The translations under genes and the position numbers were made by a program. DNA of 63,829 nt, counting the filler, from Platydemus manokwari (Eukaryota): the NCBI GenBank assembly GCA_037951405.1. It is 6 parts of 6 records of this genome, joined end to end, with 100 filler letters (N's around TTAATTAATTAA, not from the genome) between each part and the next. Parts side by side here need not be neighbours in the genome. Positions count along the whole stretch, not along the records: positions 23,256 to 32,120 come from JBBMOY011337428.1; positions 32,221 to 45,718 come from JBBMOY011702511.1; 4 more parts are not named here. One strand, written 5' to 3'. Of this stretch, positions 24,374 to 39,385 are shown in pieces; position 1 is the stretch's first letter, and every line of letters starts with the position of its first letter. Under the pieces are notes generated by a model. It made no database searches and was not told where the DNA came from. It saw only the letters and a program-made list of their open reading frames with translations.

Positions 24374-27300
24374 CGTCATCGACACTTTTTTCTACAACTT
24401 TGACTTGTTCATCATTGCTCGAAATATTTGGTGCAGTTTTAATGGTAACTTCATCACCTCTCTCGTATCTAAAACATACACGGTATAAGTTATCATTTCC
24501 AGTACCAGACTCATAATAAAACACTCGAAATATCTAAAACGACTGATAGTTGTTGGAAAGATCCCGAAAAAATTAAATTATTCACAAAATAAAGCGAATA
24601 AATATAATAAATCGATAAAAAAAACTTTGTTGCAATAAATAATTACAAACAAATTTCAATTCAAATAAAATTCGAGAAATTTTCAGGAATCTGTTTCGTC
24701 AAAAGTCCACATCTGTTAATATGCAGCCATTCTCTTTTAAAATTTACTTTATTTTGATAGAATCATTATTATTAGCACAACAATTTAAATTAAATCTCAT
24801 CTACTCAGATCAAATGTGGCTAAACAAAAATCGAACATACTCAGCTTTTGATGAATGGGGAATATTGGCCGATATGTTTTGATCGTTTGTCATATTTCTT
24901 ACGGATATCATATAAGCATTCATTTGAAGAACTGCAGCATCCAATAGTGTCTAACGTGTCAATTAATCAAAATGATGAAAAAATCAATTGATTACTTGAA
25001 TTCGTTGAATCGTTTGGATTCTAAATTCAATGCCTTCGCGGCCTTGTTTTTCTAATCGATTCAAATCTTCATCACTCATTTTAGCCATGTCTTCAGATGA
25101 TAACTCTGGCATCGGTCGAGAAAATAGTGACATTCCCGGGAACATAAAAGGAGCTATTTAAATATAAATATAACAACGAATGATTTATTAAATGAAACAC
25201 AAACAACCTAAACACAAAAACATTATTCATTCATTTAAATATCATCTAGGAGTTATAAAAAATTAAATTTAATAGATTGATAATTTAGATTTCTGCACAT
25301 TAATGATGAAGATAAATTCATTATTTAAGAAATACACGATGTGCTTCGGTATTCCATAAAGTTATGAACTCATTTTACTCGATGTATGAAGATGTTTAAA
25401 TTGATACATATAATTAAAATATAAATAAAACATCAGAATTTATTTTTCTATTTGAATTACAGTTGAATGGATAAATCGTTTCTTTAATAAACATATGCAA
25501 AGGATATTTACAATTTTATTTAAAACCTAGCCATCCCACAATTATACGATATTAAATGTGTGGTAATTTAGAGTCCGCCTCAAAATTATTAATTAAATTT
25601 ACATAAACCTACTTTTACAGAGAAAAACAAAAATATAATGCAATTAATATATAAATAACTGTAATTAAGACACGAATACAGAGACAAATGTATTGCACAG
25701 AGCAAATAAATAAATATCAAAATCAAAATGTATTATGCATCAAATGTCCACTTTCACAGAAAGGCAATCGACAAATAAACTGATTTATAATCATCAATAT
25801 CGAATGAAAATTTACAAACACAGCATTTGATGATTTACCCACTAATGCAGTGGCTTTCAGCTAAGGTACTGCGAGCAGCTTATGCTCAATTAGTTTCCAA
25901 TGAGACAAAATAACAAAACAGGGAATGAATGTTTTCTGCAAAATAATATATTTACGCTTTTCATTCAAACAAACGTTTTTGAAGGCTTATTTTAGGTTCA
26001 CAGAAATGGATAAATAAATTAAAGCTAAAAAGGACAAAGACACTGTTAAATATTTTTATACGAGATCATTTCGTTAAATAAATAAGGTAAATGATAGGAA
26101 CTTTATTATTTTTTAACATATTTACGATTGTTATTAACAGACAATTTTAAGAATAAGATTAATGGCATAGGGTTATGAGGGTGTGTTTATAAAGGGTTAC
26201 ATGCACACAGAAAAGATTGAAATTCACTGCATTAGTGAGTAGTTTTTTACCTTTCCACTAGTTTAGTATCTTGTCATGGGTACCAGTTGTGATTACATTT
26301 TGGTTCCATTTCAAAACACATATTATAAAGGTAAAAGAAAAATGAATAAATACACTTCTTCAATATGATAAGAATATTTACCGTAGATTACCTTTTTTGC
26401 AAAAAAAATTTAGTCTAAAATCCAGAGGGGTTTTGACCTATATAGCTGATGCAACAAGTTGCCTCCACTATTAATCTTCAAAATTAAAACCCTGCCTAAT
26501 GGCGAAATTCCCCAGGGGTATTGATTCATGTTCATGCAAAAAGATGGATGGACCAGCAAGTTATGGATTTGTGCTTTAAGATATGGCCTGTTGAAGAAGA
26601 AATCTCTTTTGGTTTCTGATCAGTTTAGAGGGTATTTGACGGAAAAAGTAAAACAAAAGGCTAAAAAACTGAGAACCCAGAATTCAAGGTGGTCTCACAA
26701 GCCAATTGCAACATCTTGATATCAGTATCAATAAACCTTTGGATGAGTGAATCTGATTCAAACTTAACTCCATCAGGCCTGCTGGAAAAGACAACAATCT
26801 CATAAATCTGCCAATGGGTGAAAACTTCATGGGATGCCATCAAGAAAGATGCTATCATCGAATCATTTAAGAAAAGCATTAGCAATGTCTTGGATGGCTC
26901 TGAGGATGACGCTATTTTTGCCCAAAGTGATTCATCAGACACAGATGATGAGGAAATTGAAGAATTAGCTACAAAACTGGTTAATCAACACGTAGAAATA
27001 GAAAATATGTTTGAGAATGAAGAAGAATTTCATGGTTTCTATGACTAATGAAGCAATTTAGGTTTTGATCTAAAAATGAGAGGGGTCTTAATAGATGCCG
27101 AGTTTTAATACACGTAATTTATTTTAATAAGTATATTAATAAGCATTAATAAGTATATTAAATATTAAATAATTTAAAAATTATATAACGACGCATAAAT
27201 TCGATGAAATCCTATACGTTGATATTGATGCATAAAAAATAAATAACCGAAAGGTGTTGGCATAGTGCTAATATTTGGTCCAGTAGAATTTTGATCTGAA

Positions 27301-30300
27301 CTTGGTGGCGGTATTAACCATGGGAATAAAGTCTAAAAAATACAAATTATTGTATCAAGGATAGCTTTATTTAGTACTGGTGAGAATGGTGGTAAATTCA
27401 TTGGCGAAGGTGGCATTGGACTAGTTGTAGTTGTAGGAAACTGTTGAGTGGTAGCATTAGGCGTAGTAGAAGGCTCATTGTTTGTAATGTTTGGTGTTGT
27501 ATTTTGGTTGGGTCTTCGATCATTGGGAGTAGCCCGTTGTTGTTGAGCATTTCGCAAAATATCCATTCTACATGTTGGACAAGTTTGTTGTCGCTGAAAC
27601 CAGGTTTTCAAGCATGCACAATGGAAAATATGTGTGCATGGTAAACATTTTGGAACATTTCCTGTTTGATTATCTCTGCCTGCAGATGTAACAGCGACCA
27701 TTTCTTCACGACATATGATGCAAATATTATCACCAGCGTTAAGATCAGCTTCTGTAGCATTAGAAAATACGGTATTCATATAGTGAATTGCTCTTCTGGA
27801 AAGTATTAGATCCTAAATATATATAATGATAATTTCGTCCAAATATATCAAAATAGTGACTGAATAAAAAAAATAATATGATGTTAAGAAATAATTGCAA
27901 GTGTATACAATATTAAAGTTAATTAATTCAACATGAGATTTGTAGATATTGATAAATTTCCTATTAACTTACTAAAATAAATTATTTAATTACAAAACCA
28001 GATGTATTATAAATGAATATTTAAAATTCAGAGATGAAGCGAATAAATTTTAATTATTTTTAATCATTATAAAATTATTTTTCAATAGCTTAATTAAATT
28101 ACATTAGTTTACACCAATCAAAATCTAAAATAAATTAAGCATGTTTAAAATGTATATTACATTGCAAATACTGTATTTCCTGACGATATAAAAATAGTCA
28201 TTTAAATATACATCACCATTCAGACTTATATAAAATAAATATATGAAAGTTAGAAATTATGAAATTAATGTGGCACAGATAACGTTGCTAAAAATTCAAG
28301 TAACTATTTAACGCACATATGACACATGGAAATAGAAACTATTCTGAAAAAGCACGCGGGAAAAATAAATAATAAATTGTTTGATTAAATTAAAGATTTA
28401 AATAATCCGAATGTAATGTTTTATGAAAACCGACATCAAGGAAGGTCAAGTAATTAAATTATCTCGTAATATACTTATGAAGAAAATTAATGTCAATTTA
28501 CGTCTAAAACAACTCCTTTAAATATTTAAAGCTTAAATAAAATTAACATAAATAAATTACATAAAATCAGATTAGTTTCAAATAAATTAGGTCTTTTTTA
28601 ATCCCTTTACGCAAGTCCGGAAAATAATAAATGATGCTAATTAAATCTATTCCATTTTAATATGAAATATATATATATATATATTCGTCAAATTATTTAA
28701 CAGAACCTACATTTTTTATTTAGTTATTTTAAGATTTCTCAAACAGAAATCTAAATTGAGACAAGCAAGACATTCATAAGTTTACGTGTAATTCAACGTA
28801 ATTTAATTCAATTTGGCAATTCAATCTAATAGTCTAATACTACACAAAAACATTAAATAAGTAATCGGGTAAATCTATTTAGACAGAAATTTCGTTCATA
28901 AATGATTCTCTTGTGTATGGCTTGATATTCTGACGAAATGAAAATAATGTTGATTTCGAAAATAATTATCATTTCGTTGCAGAGGCTTTTATAAAAAGTT
29001 TTGATGTCATTTATGTCACTTTGAAATAATTTATTATTCATAAAATAATAAATTGAAAGTTAAGATAAAAATTATTTATTAGTAAATACTGTGTCTTCAT
29101 ATAAAATTTCAAAAATCAACATATTTGATATAAATTCGACCATGTTATTCCTCAAATCAAATTTTTATGTAAACAAGATGATCTAAATAACCCCCACTCA
29201 TGCAGAATAAATGATACAAAAAGAGTAAGACATGTATTTTATTATTAGAAAGCTCCGAAATCAGTTTTGGAACTTCTTTTTAATTAATCAATTTAAGCAT
29301 ATTTTAAATAAACTTATTTTTAAACTGTAAAAACAGTCTTAGCCCATCAATGACTCATAAATAGGAGTTAATATTTCCAAATAGCCAGAATTAAAATGTG
29401 AAAATATTTTATTGATTTTGATGGTGTTTCAACATTTGCTGAGTTTTATCAATTTTAACTAGCAGAATACCAGCACAATTTTAATATAATTTATATCAAC
29501 CGAAAAATGATATTAATGAAACGATAAACTATTTGAAATTTTACGGTTTTAATGGCTAGATTAATAATTGCATTTTTCATCGCTATAAAATAGAATATAA
29601 AACAGTTTTATAACACTAAAATGCATAATCCAATAATTTTATAATGAAAAAAATAAAGATTATTTTTATTTTATCTGGGTGAACCCCTAAAAATCACTTA
29701 AAACTGCTTTTATCCTACGATTGGAATACATTTTATTTATCTCTGTATGAAACTTATTTTTTTCAAAGAACTACTGTTTTAATAATAAAAATTAGCAGAA
29801 ATTATAATTATAACAAAATTGAAATTATAAAATAATGATTTCTATAATAATTGATGGATGTGTGGATATAGAATCAAAATCCAATCATAATAAAGTAAAA
29901 CATACATGATAATGTGATAAATAAAAGTAATTGTTAGTGAAATACTTATGAGTTCAAATACATAGATGACCAAATAATACAATTTAGGAGATGAGTACAA
30001 AAGAGTACAGCACTGGAATAAGGTTATATTTCACAAAGGATAACTCAGTAAATCCTGTTAGATTCCCTATCCTTATAATATAAAAATTAGAATTCCCATA
30101 ATAATAATTAGGTTATGATAAAAACTTATATCATTTTCATCTCTCATTCTTCAAGCATTAGAGAAAGAGATAATTATCATGTTCACAAATCATCATTAAA
30201 TCCAATACAATCAAATCATTTTTATGGAAGATATATAAATATTTTATAGACTTCCTTTGTTAAAGCTCTGTTAAAGAGAATTCCTTAGAATGAAAATGGA

Positions 30301-31816
30301 TTGATTTACTTGACCAAATACAATATTTACCAAACAAATAGATGTGTGTGTGTGTGAAAATAAATCAAAATTTGTCATTTTTGTGTGTTTTATTGATCTT
30401 CAATTTTATCCATTCATAATGAACACAGGTAAATGTTTTATTTATTTAGATCTAACGCGTTTAGTGGACCTAAGCTTGACAAGATCAAACATAATAATCT
30501 GTGATGATATATAAATTGTTATACAGGGTCCAAGATTTTATTATAAAATAATTTATAATATAATTAAATTATTAAAAAAATAATTCAATTCACGAAAAAA
30601 ATATTTTTAAAAAACATTGGAATTATTTCATAAAATAAAGAAAAAAAATTTAAAAAGTACCTGAACCGATTTCTTGAAAGATCTCAAACTTAAATACACT
30701 GGTCTAATAATGAATAATGGTAACGTATGGACTTTGACCATAAGAAATAGAAATAACAAATATAATGTTAATTTCAAAAAATTGCTTATGAGGTCAATGT
30801 AAAGCATAAATGTTGCTTTCTGATCCCAAGGAGTTTCTCGTCGACTGTCGATTGTATGGAGGACATAGCGGAACAAAATGACAAATAGACTCAACTTGAG
30901 AATCGTATACTAATCAACAAAATGAGATAATTTCAATTATTTCTCAAAATCATGAAAACCATACTTCAAACCCAAAAACAAGTTGAGAAGAAGGTCCTCT
31001 TTCAACGGTAACTTGATAAGCATACATAATAAACATATAATCAACTGCCGACAATAAGCCAATAAGGCCTACAACGTTGAAAAGTTATCAAATAGAATAA
31101 AATAGACAAAATATTTCACCGATAATTCGTACATGAAATTTAAATGGTATAACAGGACTCCTTTCCATCTAAGTAATAAATTATCAACAAATCAATCGAA
31201 ACAAATGCATAATATAAATGAAATAAAAAAAAATTTTTAAAATGCATTAAAACTACTAAAAATTGATAAAGAATACAATTGACCAAAAAGCTATTTCATA
31301 AGTTATATATTATAATTAGAAAAAATTAAATAAAATCCTTACGAAATCTACTCTATCTTCTGCAAGCCAGTGAAAACATTTGAAAAATAACAGAATTGTA
31401 AACATTGCAACAAATTTAGAACTAAAGTCATCTCGAAAAACCGTGAAAGCCAAACAGGTTTCAGTTATTGCATACCACATTCTTTCTACAAGATGCTAAA
31501 TTACACATTTTTAAATTAAGAAATCTGATCAAGAGAAAAATTAACTTCAACTTCGGCTGGTCTTAGCTGACCAAAGAATATCTTTCCCAATAATTTGGAA
31601 ATAATAATTATAAAAACAAACGCTTGCAAATATAATGCCTAAAACAGTGTAATATTTCGAATACCATGTTTAAATTATTAAACTAACAGCCATTGATAAA
31701 CTGCTTTTAGTCATATAAATAACTGATGGATAGAATTGCTTTTTTTGATAAAAAGCACTCGTAACCACTGTTGCAGTTAAAAACCTACTCACCATAGTTA
31801 ATAAAAATAATTTCAT
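24374..31816 (-). CDS. SYVN1: E3 ubiquitin ligase HRD1/synoviolin (ERAD). Exons 31688-31816, 31546-31638, 31343-31495, 31120-31168, 30965-31068, 30661-30909, 27378-27812, 27248-27332, 24996-25153, 24841-24950, probably 24374-24468; last exon unresolved
   Basis: Spliced translation gives QFYPSVIYMTKSSLSMA, FFGQLRPAEVEHLVERMWYAITETCLAFTVFRDDF, KCFHWLAEDRVDFMERSP, RING-H2 CIICREEM...LPCTHIFHCACLKTWFQRQQTCPTCR and C-terminal TLLDAAVLQMN. All junctions are GT-AG and in phase. Confidence 0.95.
26381..27114 (+). mobile_element. Degenerate, internally deleted pogo/Tigger-type (DDE_1, POGK-like) DNA transposon in an HRD1 intron
   Basis: Frameshifted motifs KLPPLLIFK, KSLLVSDQFRGYLTEKVK, GGLTSQLQHLDISINKP, SWDAIKKDAIIESFKK and ISNVLDGSEDD. 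Ends read TA-CCGTA and CACG-TA. Confidence 0.8.
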
Positions 31817-32120
31817 TTTAATATACATAAATTATTTTTAATTTCAAAAGTATTTCATTTAATAATTATCGAAATTAAAAAAGTGCTTAAACACGTATGT
31901 AAAATAAAACAATTTGTTCATTAATCTTTTTTAATTTTAATGCTTTCATTAAATTTTTTACATTTTGACTAAATATAAGTTCAATAGATGAATTTTTATT
32001 AAAAACTGTTATTAAGATTAAGAATTAATATACTAAAAATTTATAGTAACTTGATTTAATTTTTTAAATAAGTCTTGTGCAAATGAAAATCTTATAATAT
32101 ATAATTTAAAATCTAACATT

Positions 32121-32220
32121 NNNNNNNNNNNNNNNNNNNNNNNNNNNNNNNNNNNNNNNNNNNNTTAATTAATTAANNNNNNNNNNNNNNNNNNNNNNNN
32201 NNNNNNNNNNNNNNNNNNNN
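32121..32220. other. Artificial contig spacer
   Basis: N44-TTAATTAATTAA-N44. Confidence 0.97.
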
Positions 32221-32268
32221 CACTACAAGAAGATATTTGATTACAAGAACATGATTTTCATCAAACAG

Positions 32269-32640
32269 GCTTTGATTGAGGTTGTAATAACCAGTGAAGG
32301 GGCATTATTCAACAGAGCTGTCATCTTGCTTGGAGAGCTGCTGCACATGGTAATTATGTCATCTGTTGATGTATTATCTTATCTTTACTATCTGTGTAGA
32401 ATAAGAAATTAATGAATAATGGAGAGATGTAGATAAATTAATCAAATGGTCTGTTTGGCTTTAGTAAAGAAAAAAACACAACTTTTTTTTCCTTTCTATA
32501 CTGTACACATGCAATAGACATTTGTCCCTTTGTTTGCAGGCTAGCTTTCTCCTGCCTTCAGAATGTATGCATCTTCATGAGTGCTTACCCACACTAATCT
32601 TCATTGCGTCATCACCTGAAATCAACAAAGACAGGAGTCA
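32269..32640 (+). CDS. RICTOR: Two internal exons of RICTOR (mTORC2 subunit): 32269-32349 and 32540-32640
   Basis: ALIEVVITSEGALFNRAVILLGELLHM|ASFLLPSECMHLHECLPTLIFIASS matches the recalled conserved RICTOR segment RATILLGELLHMANTILP...HCLPTL. Canonical AG/GT boundaries. Confidence 0.85.
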
Positions 32641-35600
32641 GTAAGTATGATCTTTGTTTTGGGCTAAAATTGTATATTTTTCTAACAAGTACTAGTATCA
32701 TATTTTTCTAACAAGTATTAACAAAAATCTTGTAATATTAAGGCATATTGTATTTTCTAATGTTGAGATTAACGTATGATAATAAAAGCAACGAGCAATC
32801 AATACATATGTTCTTTCAATCAATGATTTAATAAAAATATTAGACGAACATTTCAATGGATAGTAAGGAAATACGGATTAAATCCTAATGAGCTATTGAA
32901 TGAGATGTCTAATGAAAATCTACATTGGTTCCAAAGTAAGAATCGATTAGTACGAATATATAATCGGACAACTTGGTTGAGTATATCCTATATCTTGACT
33001 TTTAATTAAAATTATTAACATTATGAACGTGAAATTCATCACCAAACCAGTTTGGCAATCCTGGCTACTCATCAGTGTCTGATAAAACCTAAAATATTTC
33101 AAGTATGTTTGTTGTTTTATTTCCGCATATCAAGTGTGTGTGTCTGTTGTTCAATCGTTTGCATATATTTAGATTTTCCGTTCCAAATATTTCGCTTAGT
33201 AATTTTTTCACCAAGATCCTTTAACTATGACCAGAAACATTATTTTCTGTGGAATATGTCTTCAAGATTGAAAAAGTTAAATTCGAAATGCAAATCCAGT
33301 GATTAGATATTAAAACGTGGTTAAGATTCAACTGGCGTAAGCGTAATAAAGATCCATGATGGTTTTATTAAAATTTCAAAGATCGTTTTGTGTTCATACT
33401 GTTAGACTAGCAATTCAATAATTACATTAGATATTTCAATATTTTTTAAAATATTTATTAAAATCCACATGTTTCTACTGAGCACGTGACTATCTCATTA
33501 GAAATATAATGAAATCGTCTGAAGCAACCATTGTTAGACATTATGAAAAAAATGATATTTGACAAAATCGTTTCATTATCAATCGACCTCATTGAATAAT
33601 GGATGCTGCAGCCATATCGATGCTAATCGATTTATTGATAAATCTATTTTTACTATCAGAAATTCAATTTATTAGAAGACTATCAAACCAAATCCATTAA
33701 TCGATAAATAATTTAATGGAGTAGGCCCAAGTATTTTTTCTAAAAATACCAAAATAGATATTTTAATATTTTCATTTCTGTGTTATCTTGTCGTTGTGAA
33801 GAAGATTGCAACTGATATATTCAAAATTACTTTGATTTTGCATAACCAAAATTAGCTACCCAATAAATGTTCTAATTTTGAAAGTAGCTATGATCATTGT
33901 TGCGATTATGGAGATCTTTTCAATTGTATAATTCCATTAAATTAATTGGTTGTTAACCATCTCCTATCTGGCTCGAAATCAAAATTTATACATTATATTT
34001 ATTATTCAATATCTTGCTAATATCAACATAAATAATAATCATAATAATATATTGTTTATTCTACTTCGCGCAGTAGCTATTGTTATTAAAACAGGGAAAT
34101 AAAATATTAACAATTTTATTTTTACAATTTCATTTTCAATTCGATGAATCCAATAATCAATTTCTTTTTTGTTTCAGTTAAGTTAAAAGCACATTCCGTC
34201 ATAATATTTATTTGAAAAAACTGCAATCAACCGCCAATCAATTATTTAAACAAACACCACGTGTTTATTTATTTAATCACGTTACTGTCTCAAACAGTTT
34301 TCTGTATTGGGATAGAGACTTTTTCTTGGCTTTATATAATAAACCTGGAATGTATTTAAATGCACACAATCAATCTCAAACTCTAAGGATCATTATTAAA
34401 TAAAAAACATGCGTAAAAAATCATTATAATTCTTGTTTTGTACGTTTTCTGTGTAATAGCGTCTTTTCAGGGATTTATTCTAATATTTATAGTGAAAGTT
34501 TTGCAACTTTTTTCATGCTTTATAGAACTTTGTAAATATTTTTCTTATTATGCGTGTGCCTTGATGTATTTATCATTTTCCCGAGCCTTGTCTAGAGGTT
34601 TAACGGACCTTTATCTTTGAAGTTTATTCGACGCCTCTTTCTTGGAATTTATCGGCTTTTGATGTGTTACTTATCATGACAATTTAATAATTTTCTTATT
34701 TTTCATTTTTTCGAAGATTAATTATAATCATGTGATGACGTCTAATAATGTCCACATCTTCATTAACAAAACGTATTCATACCACTAACAATATTTTAAA
34801 TCATTCAAATTCGCACGGAATTTCCCTAGCAACTGGCAAAATTATTTTTGATTTTTTCTATTGGTGTTAGGATTATTTTTAACGCGTTTTTATAGGTTAT
34901 TTTGACATTCAGTCAATTTTTTCACATGTTAATCGTTTACTCAATATTCATTACTCCGATAGCGTTCATTGTTAAAAAATGTTAAGACTTTTTTATAAAT
35001 TCACTTTTAAAACGAATCTAGTATTCATGTTTTTGGATAGTCTTGTAATCTTAAATTATCGACGATTTCTTATTATAATATTTTTGAGATTCGATTTGTG
35101 ACCCTTTTTCAGGCTTGCTTTAAAGTGGAGGAAGCTAAGAATTTCTTGGAAATGATCGACGTTTATTTAACAGAACAAAGTCTTTATATTCCAAATTGGT
35201 TAAGCTCTCATCCTCTCTGTGCTCTTCGGGTTCGGCATTTGGACAGCTTCATTCCATCGGTAAGTCATGCCCCTAACTCAATGATAAAATAATTTACTCA
35301 TTTGTCAGGCAAAGAAGATGAGTGAAGATTGCGGTTGTATGCTGGAATCAAATGGTTTGTTCCTCTGTTGACAAATCAATATTTATTATTGGAATAATAC
35401 CCTTTTTTGATATTTATATTTCAGATGTCGATTCTGATAAAAAGAAAATACCTCCTGAGAGCGGATCATTTTTTTAATTTTTTTCTGGTTCATATTGAGC
35501 TGAATGATTTTAGAATCATTCTATTGTAAATAAATTACCTTTTAATTTAACTTATTATATTAAAGGAATGGTTTTTTAAAAATGTGTTTTTATTAATTAT

Positions 35601-37689
35601 ATGAAAATTTTAGAAGAGGTTTATAAGAGATTGGCTCAATTAAGATCATTTTACAATGCACTTGTAAATTATCAACCAAGACGGAATCAGCACCTGAAAG
35701 TCAAATACAGATTAGAAAAATAACAAAGACTATCGGAAAAATCACACAAAATTTAAAGTACAGAATAAAGGTTAGCGACCAAAATATATTGGCAAATGCT
35801 AAGAGAATCCAATGTCTTATAGGATTATTGTGTTTGTCCGTTTGATATCCCGGAGCTTTGTTTTTCATTTGTTGAATTTTTCATACATGGATGTAATAGT
35901 AATTTTTCTTACATCTCTCGTGCCATTGGAGAATATATCTTGTTTGTAGCTATTTGTTGGTATTAGAGAGAATTGAATTGTCTATTGTCACGTGCGTTTA
36001 TTCAATCTGTATTTATCAACTCTTTCGAAGTTATTCCCATAGTTCCCTTGAACATTTTGGCTCTTTTTATGACCTACCCAATATTAGCTACCCAATTGTC
36101 TGACATGTGACTCATTGATAATTAAGATGACAATATGGTAAAGTTTTGATTAATTATTAATTTAATCGATCAATTAATTTGGTCATTTATTTTAATTATT
36201 CCACCGGAAAATATTGTGTCGGAAACGAAAAAAATTGAAGTTTGTACTAGTTTTTGGTGGAAATAGTTGTTGTTAATTGATATTGTTTCCTATTGTCTAC
36301 TAGATTATTAATGAATATATTGAAATATTTCTCGGATTTAAAAATCAAATATCATCGAAAAAAAAATTAAAATGAAACACTCAAGAATGTGTAAACGGAA
36401 CGTTATTAGTTTTCGATAGATTGCAAATGGTCAATGATACATTTATAATATAACAGTATTGTTGAAGTTGATTCAAAAATAGGAGAACGGATTAATATTT
36501 ATTTAAGGATGTTACGATAGTTATTAGAATAAGTCTGCAAAATTAAACTTAGTTAATCGACTACGATGATAATTAACTTTTCACTGTGAGGTTCAATATA
36601 GTATGTTAAAATGATGAATAAATTACTGTTTATCTAAATAGGTAATATAATAATTAATTATCAAAAGCAAACGTTGCTTTAAGTTGGCTTGTGTTTTAAA
36701 GATTAAGTTTTATTCAATATCCAGATATCTGAATCGAGTTATTAATAGATACAAATATAATTATTCTTAAATGAAAGTTTATTTATAGAAAATTGAACAA
36801 GAAAAACACAGTCGAAATGATTGACTCTGGTGACCACCGTTTTATGTGAACAAGAGCTGCTGTCCTATCAGAATCAAAAAGAAAATCAATTTAATATGAT
36901 ATGAAGAATTTTCACTCAATATGAGTGCTCGGTGAAAGAATTTAATCTGTAAAAACCTCGATTTTATCAGTGTAAAATCTTCCTCTAAAAACTTTCCTCG
37001 GTCGTTTCTAATATTAGAGCTCATTCTGATTACTCCGAGGCAAGAAGATGATGGCAATTTAGATATTTCACTGCACTTAAACATTATAATGGAACGATTA
37101 TGCCTAACCGAAGTTTATCATTCGTTATCATGTTATCTTCCAATTAGATGAATTATTCAATATTATATAGATATTTAAGCATTAAAATCTTTACAATTTA
37201 TTTTGTGGGAAAATATAACATAAACCCTAAATCACATTTTACCATATCCTGGCTTTGAAATTTTATTCTTTTATCATTTAAGTACGAATTCATTACAAGT
37301 GACTTTATTAATTTGTAAATGCTATTATCTTTACTTTTCTTATTAATCAATTTATATTATTTAAAGTCATTTTAGCTCAACATATTGTTGAGGTTTATAA
37401 TGTTTTTCGGTTTGAGTTTGTGAATAAGTTATTTATCCCAACATATGCGTGTTCCTGAATTATTGTTTATCTTGCAACACCTGACTCCAAAGGTGCCGTG
37501 TATAATAACTATTACGATACGTATATTATAACAATCAAAGTCGTTTATAAATATATTGAGATCTGATTATTTATTAAGAGTCAAAATGGTTAGTATGAAT
37601 AATACAGAACTGATTTTAGCACAAATAACAAAGCACAAGAGGGATTATTATTTGATTTATTAATAACCACTGGATTTTACAGACTCTAT

Positions 37690-38450
37690 TCTAATAGTGT
37701 TTTTTAGATTTTGATTGGTCTCTTATGGATAACCCTGTAAGAGGCCTTTAATTGATTTTGTTGGAGGTTAGGCATACTTGGCACCTTAACCCCTTGACTG
37801 GATTTGTTTGAGTTTTTTCTTTTTTAGTTGCGAGTACTTCTAGTTAAACTGGGTTCAAGCTAGAGTCTTAATGGGATAGTTGCCTACTCGCTAAGGATAC
37901 TATTAGTTTATCACTAAGGTACGATTAGAATATTAATTACAATTGGTTGTGAGATTGGTTTTGATTTTAGATGATGACTACCAGCACTATGATTTACGCT
38001 GGTGGATTGTATTTCTAGCTTGTTATGGTTGATTATAGATGGAATCAATAATTTTTTAAATAAATATTTCCAATTATAATTATTATCTCAAATAGATTTT
38101 TAATTATGAGTAGAATATTTAAAATATCTAAAAATGCTTTAAATGATAATGATTATTTTAGGCAAATACTCTTATTATTACTAATAATTAATCCTTACAC
38201 TTGGTATTTTATTCTTTTTGTTAATTGACTTGTCTTGTTTAGTTTTCTTTGCTCTCCAAGAATTGTCGGCTTCCTTCTTGTTTTTATAGTACTGTCTGCT
38301 TTATAGATCCTTGCTTTACTGTGTCGGGATACTCTTTGGAATAATTGCTGGTAATGTTTCGAATTTCAATTTCACCGGAAAAATGGGTTGATTTTCGTTT
38401 CTTGTTGACTAAGTGTGTCGATTTCTAGCTTGCGCTGAGGTAATTATAGT
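37690..38450 (-). mobile_element. Highly decayed non-LTR reverse transcriptase relic (tentative)
   Basis: Minus-strand IKGLLQGYP* near 37725-37755 resembles the RT motif GLxQGDPLSP. No long ORF remains; boundaries are approximate. Confidence 0.3.
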
Positions 38451-39104
38451 TGCTGAGGCAATGAGACAAATCCTGTTGAGAATTAAGAGAGATTAGTGAT
38501 TCTGTTTGAGTTGAGGCAATTAATATTGATTGCTGTTACTACCGAGAAAATAATTGACAGAGACAATTAAGTTTGATAAATTGAGACAATTAATCTTGAT
38601 GTATATATAACTTTCTTACTTCTTTGAAATATACTACCGTCTTAATCAGTCTCTTAAAGTTATTTTTAAGACCAAGTTATATTAATCCTTGATTTATATA
38701 TGTTCATTTACTTCATATTCTACCTACAATCGAAGATTACTGGAGTTACATAAGTTTGATAAAGCAACTTATCTCATAATTTTTAAATTAGTTTATATTG
38801 TTTATTTTATCCTCTTATATCTTTTATCTTTACCTCTATTATTTAACAACTTATTTCACCTCAACAATGCAAAAGATGATTAGAATTACACTGTAAATTA
38901 CGACTTTTGTAGTAATTGGGATGATACGTATTCACTGTCCGATTAAATACTAAACTCAATTTAATAAAAAAATGTATTATAACGTCAAATATATTATTGT
39001 TATAAAATTCACAAACGCTACTTTTATATGACAATGTGAAATTGGTAAAGATTATTACCAGACTGACACTATTCAATTTTTTGTGTTGAGTAAGACGAAA
39101 TCTT

Positions 39105-39385
39105 GCCAAAGAAAAACGGATTTGCATCTGGGAACCCTTGTTTTAGCACTTTAACCATTTGCATCCCTACAAATTATACAAGTATGGAAATCAGCCAATC
39201 ATAGTTGACTTAGATAGCCATACAGCAACACATGTAAAAATCCCGCACATACAAAAACCAATAAGCCCAATAAGAACATGAGAAGTAAAGATCAAATCAA
39301 AATGTGACACAAACGCGACACAAAAAGTTACACACATATCTAGATTAGAAATACCGATGACCAACTGCCAGTTGGAAGCCAAGTT
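39105..39385 (+). repeat. Dispersed repeat copy homologous to 8881-9194
   Basis: Colinear similarity to the reverse complement of 8881-9194. Confidence 0.7.
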
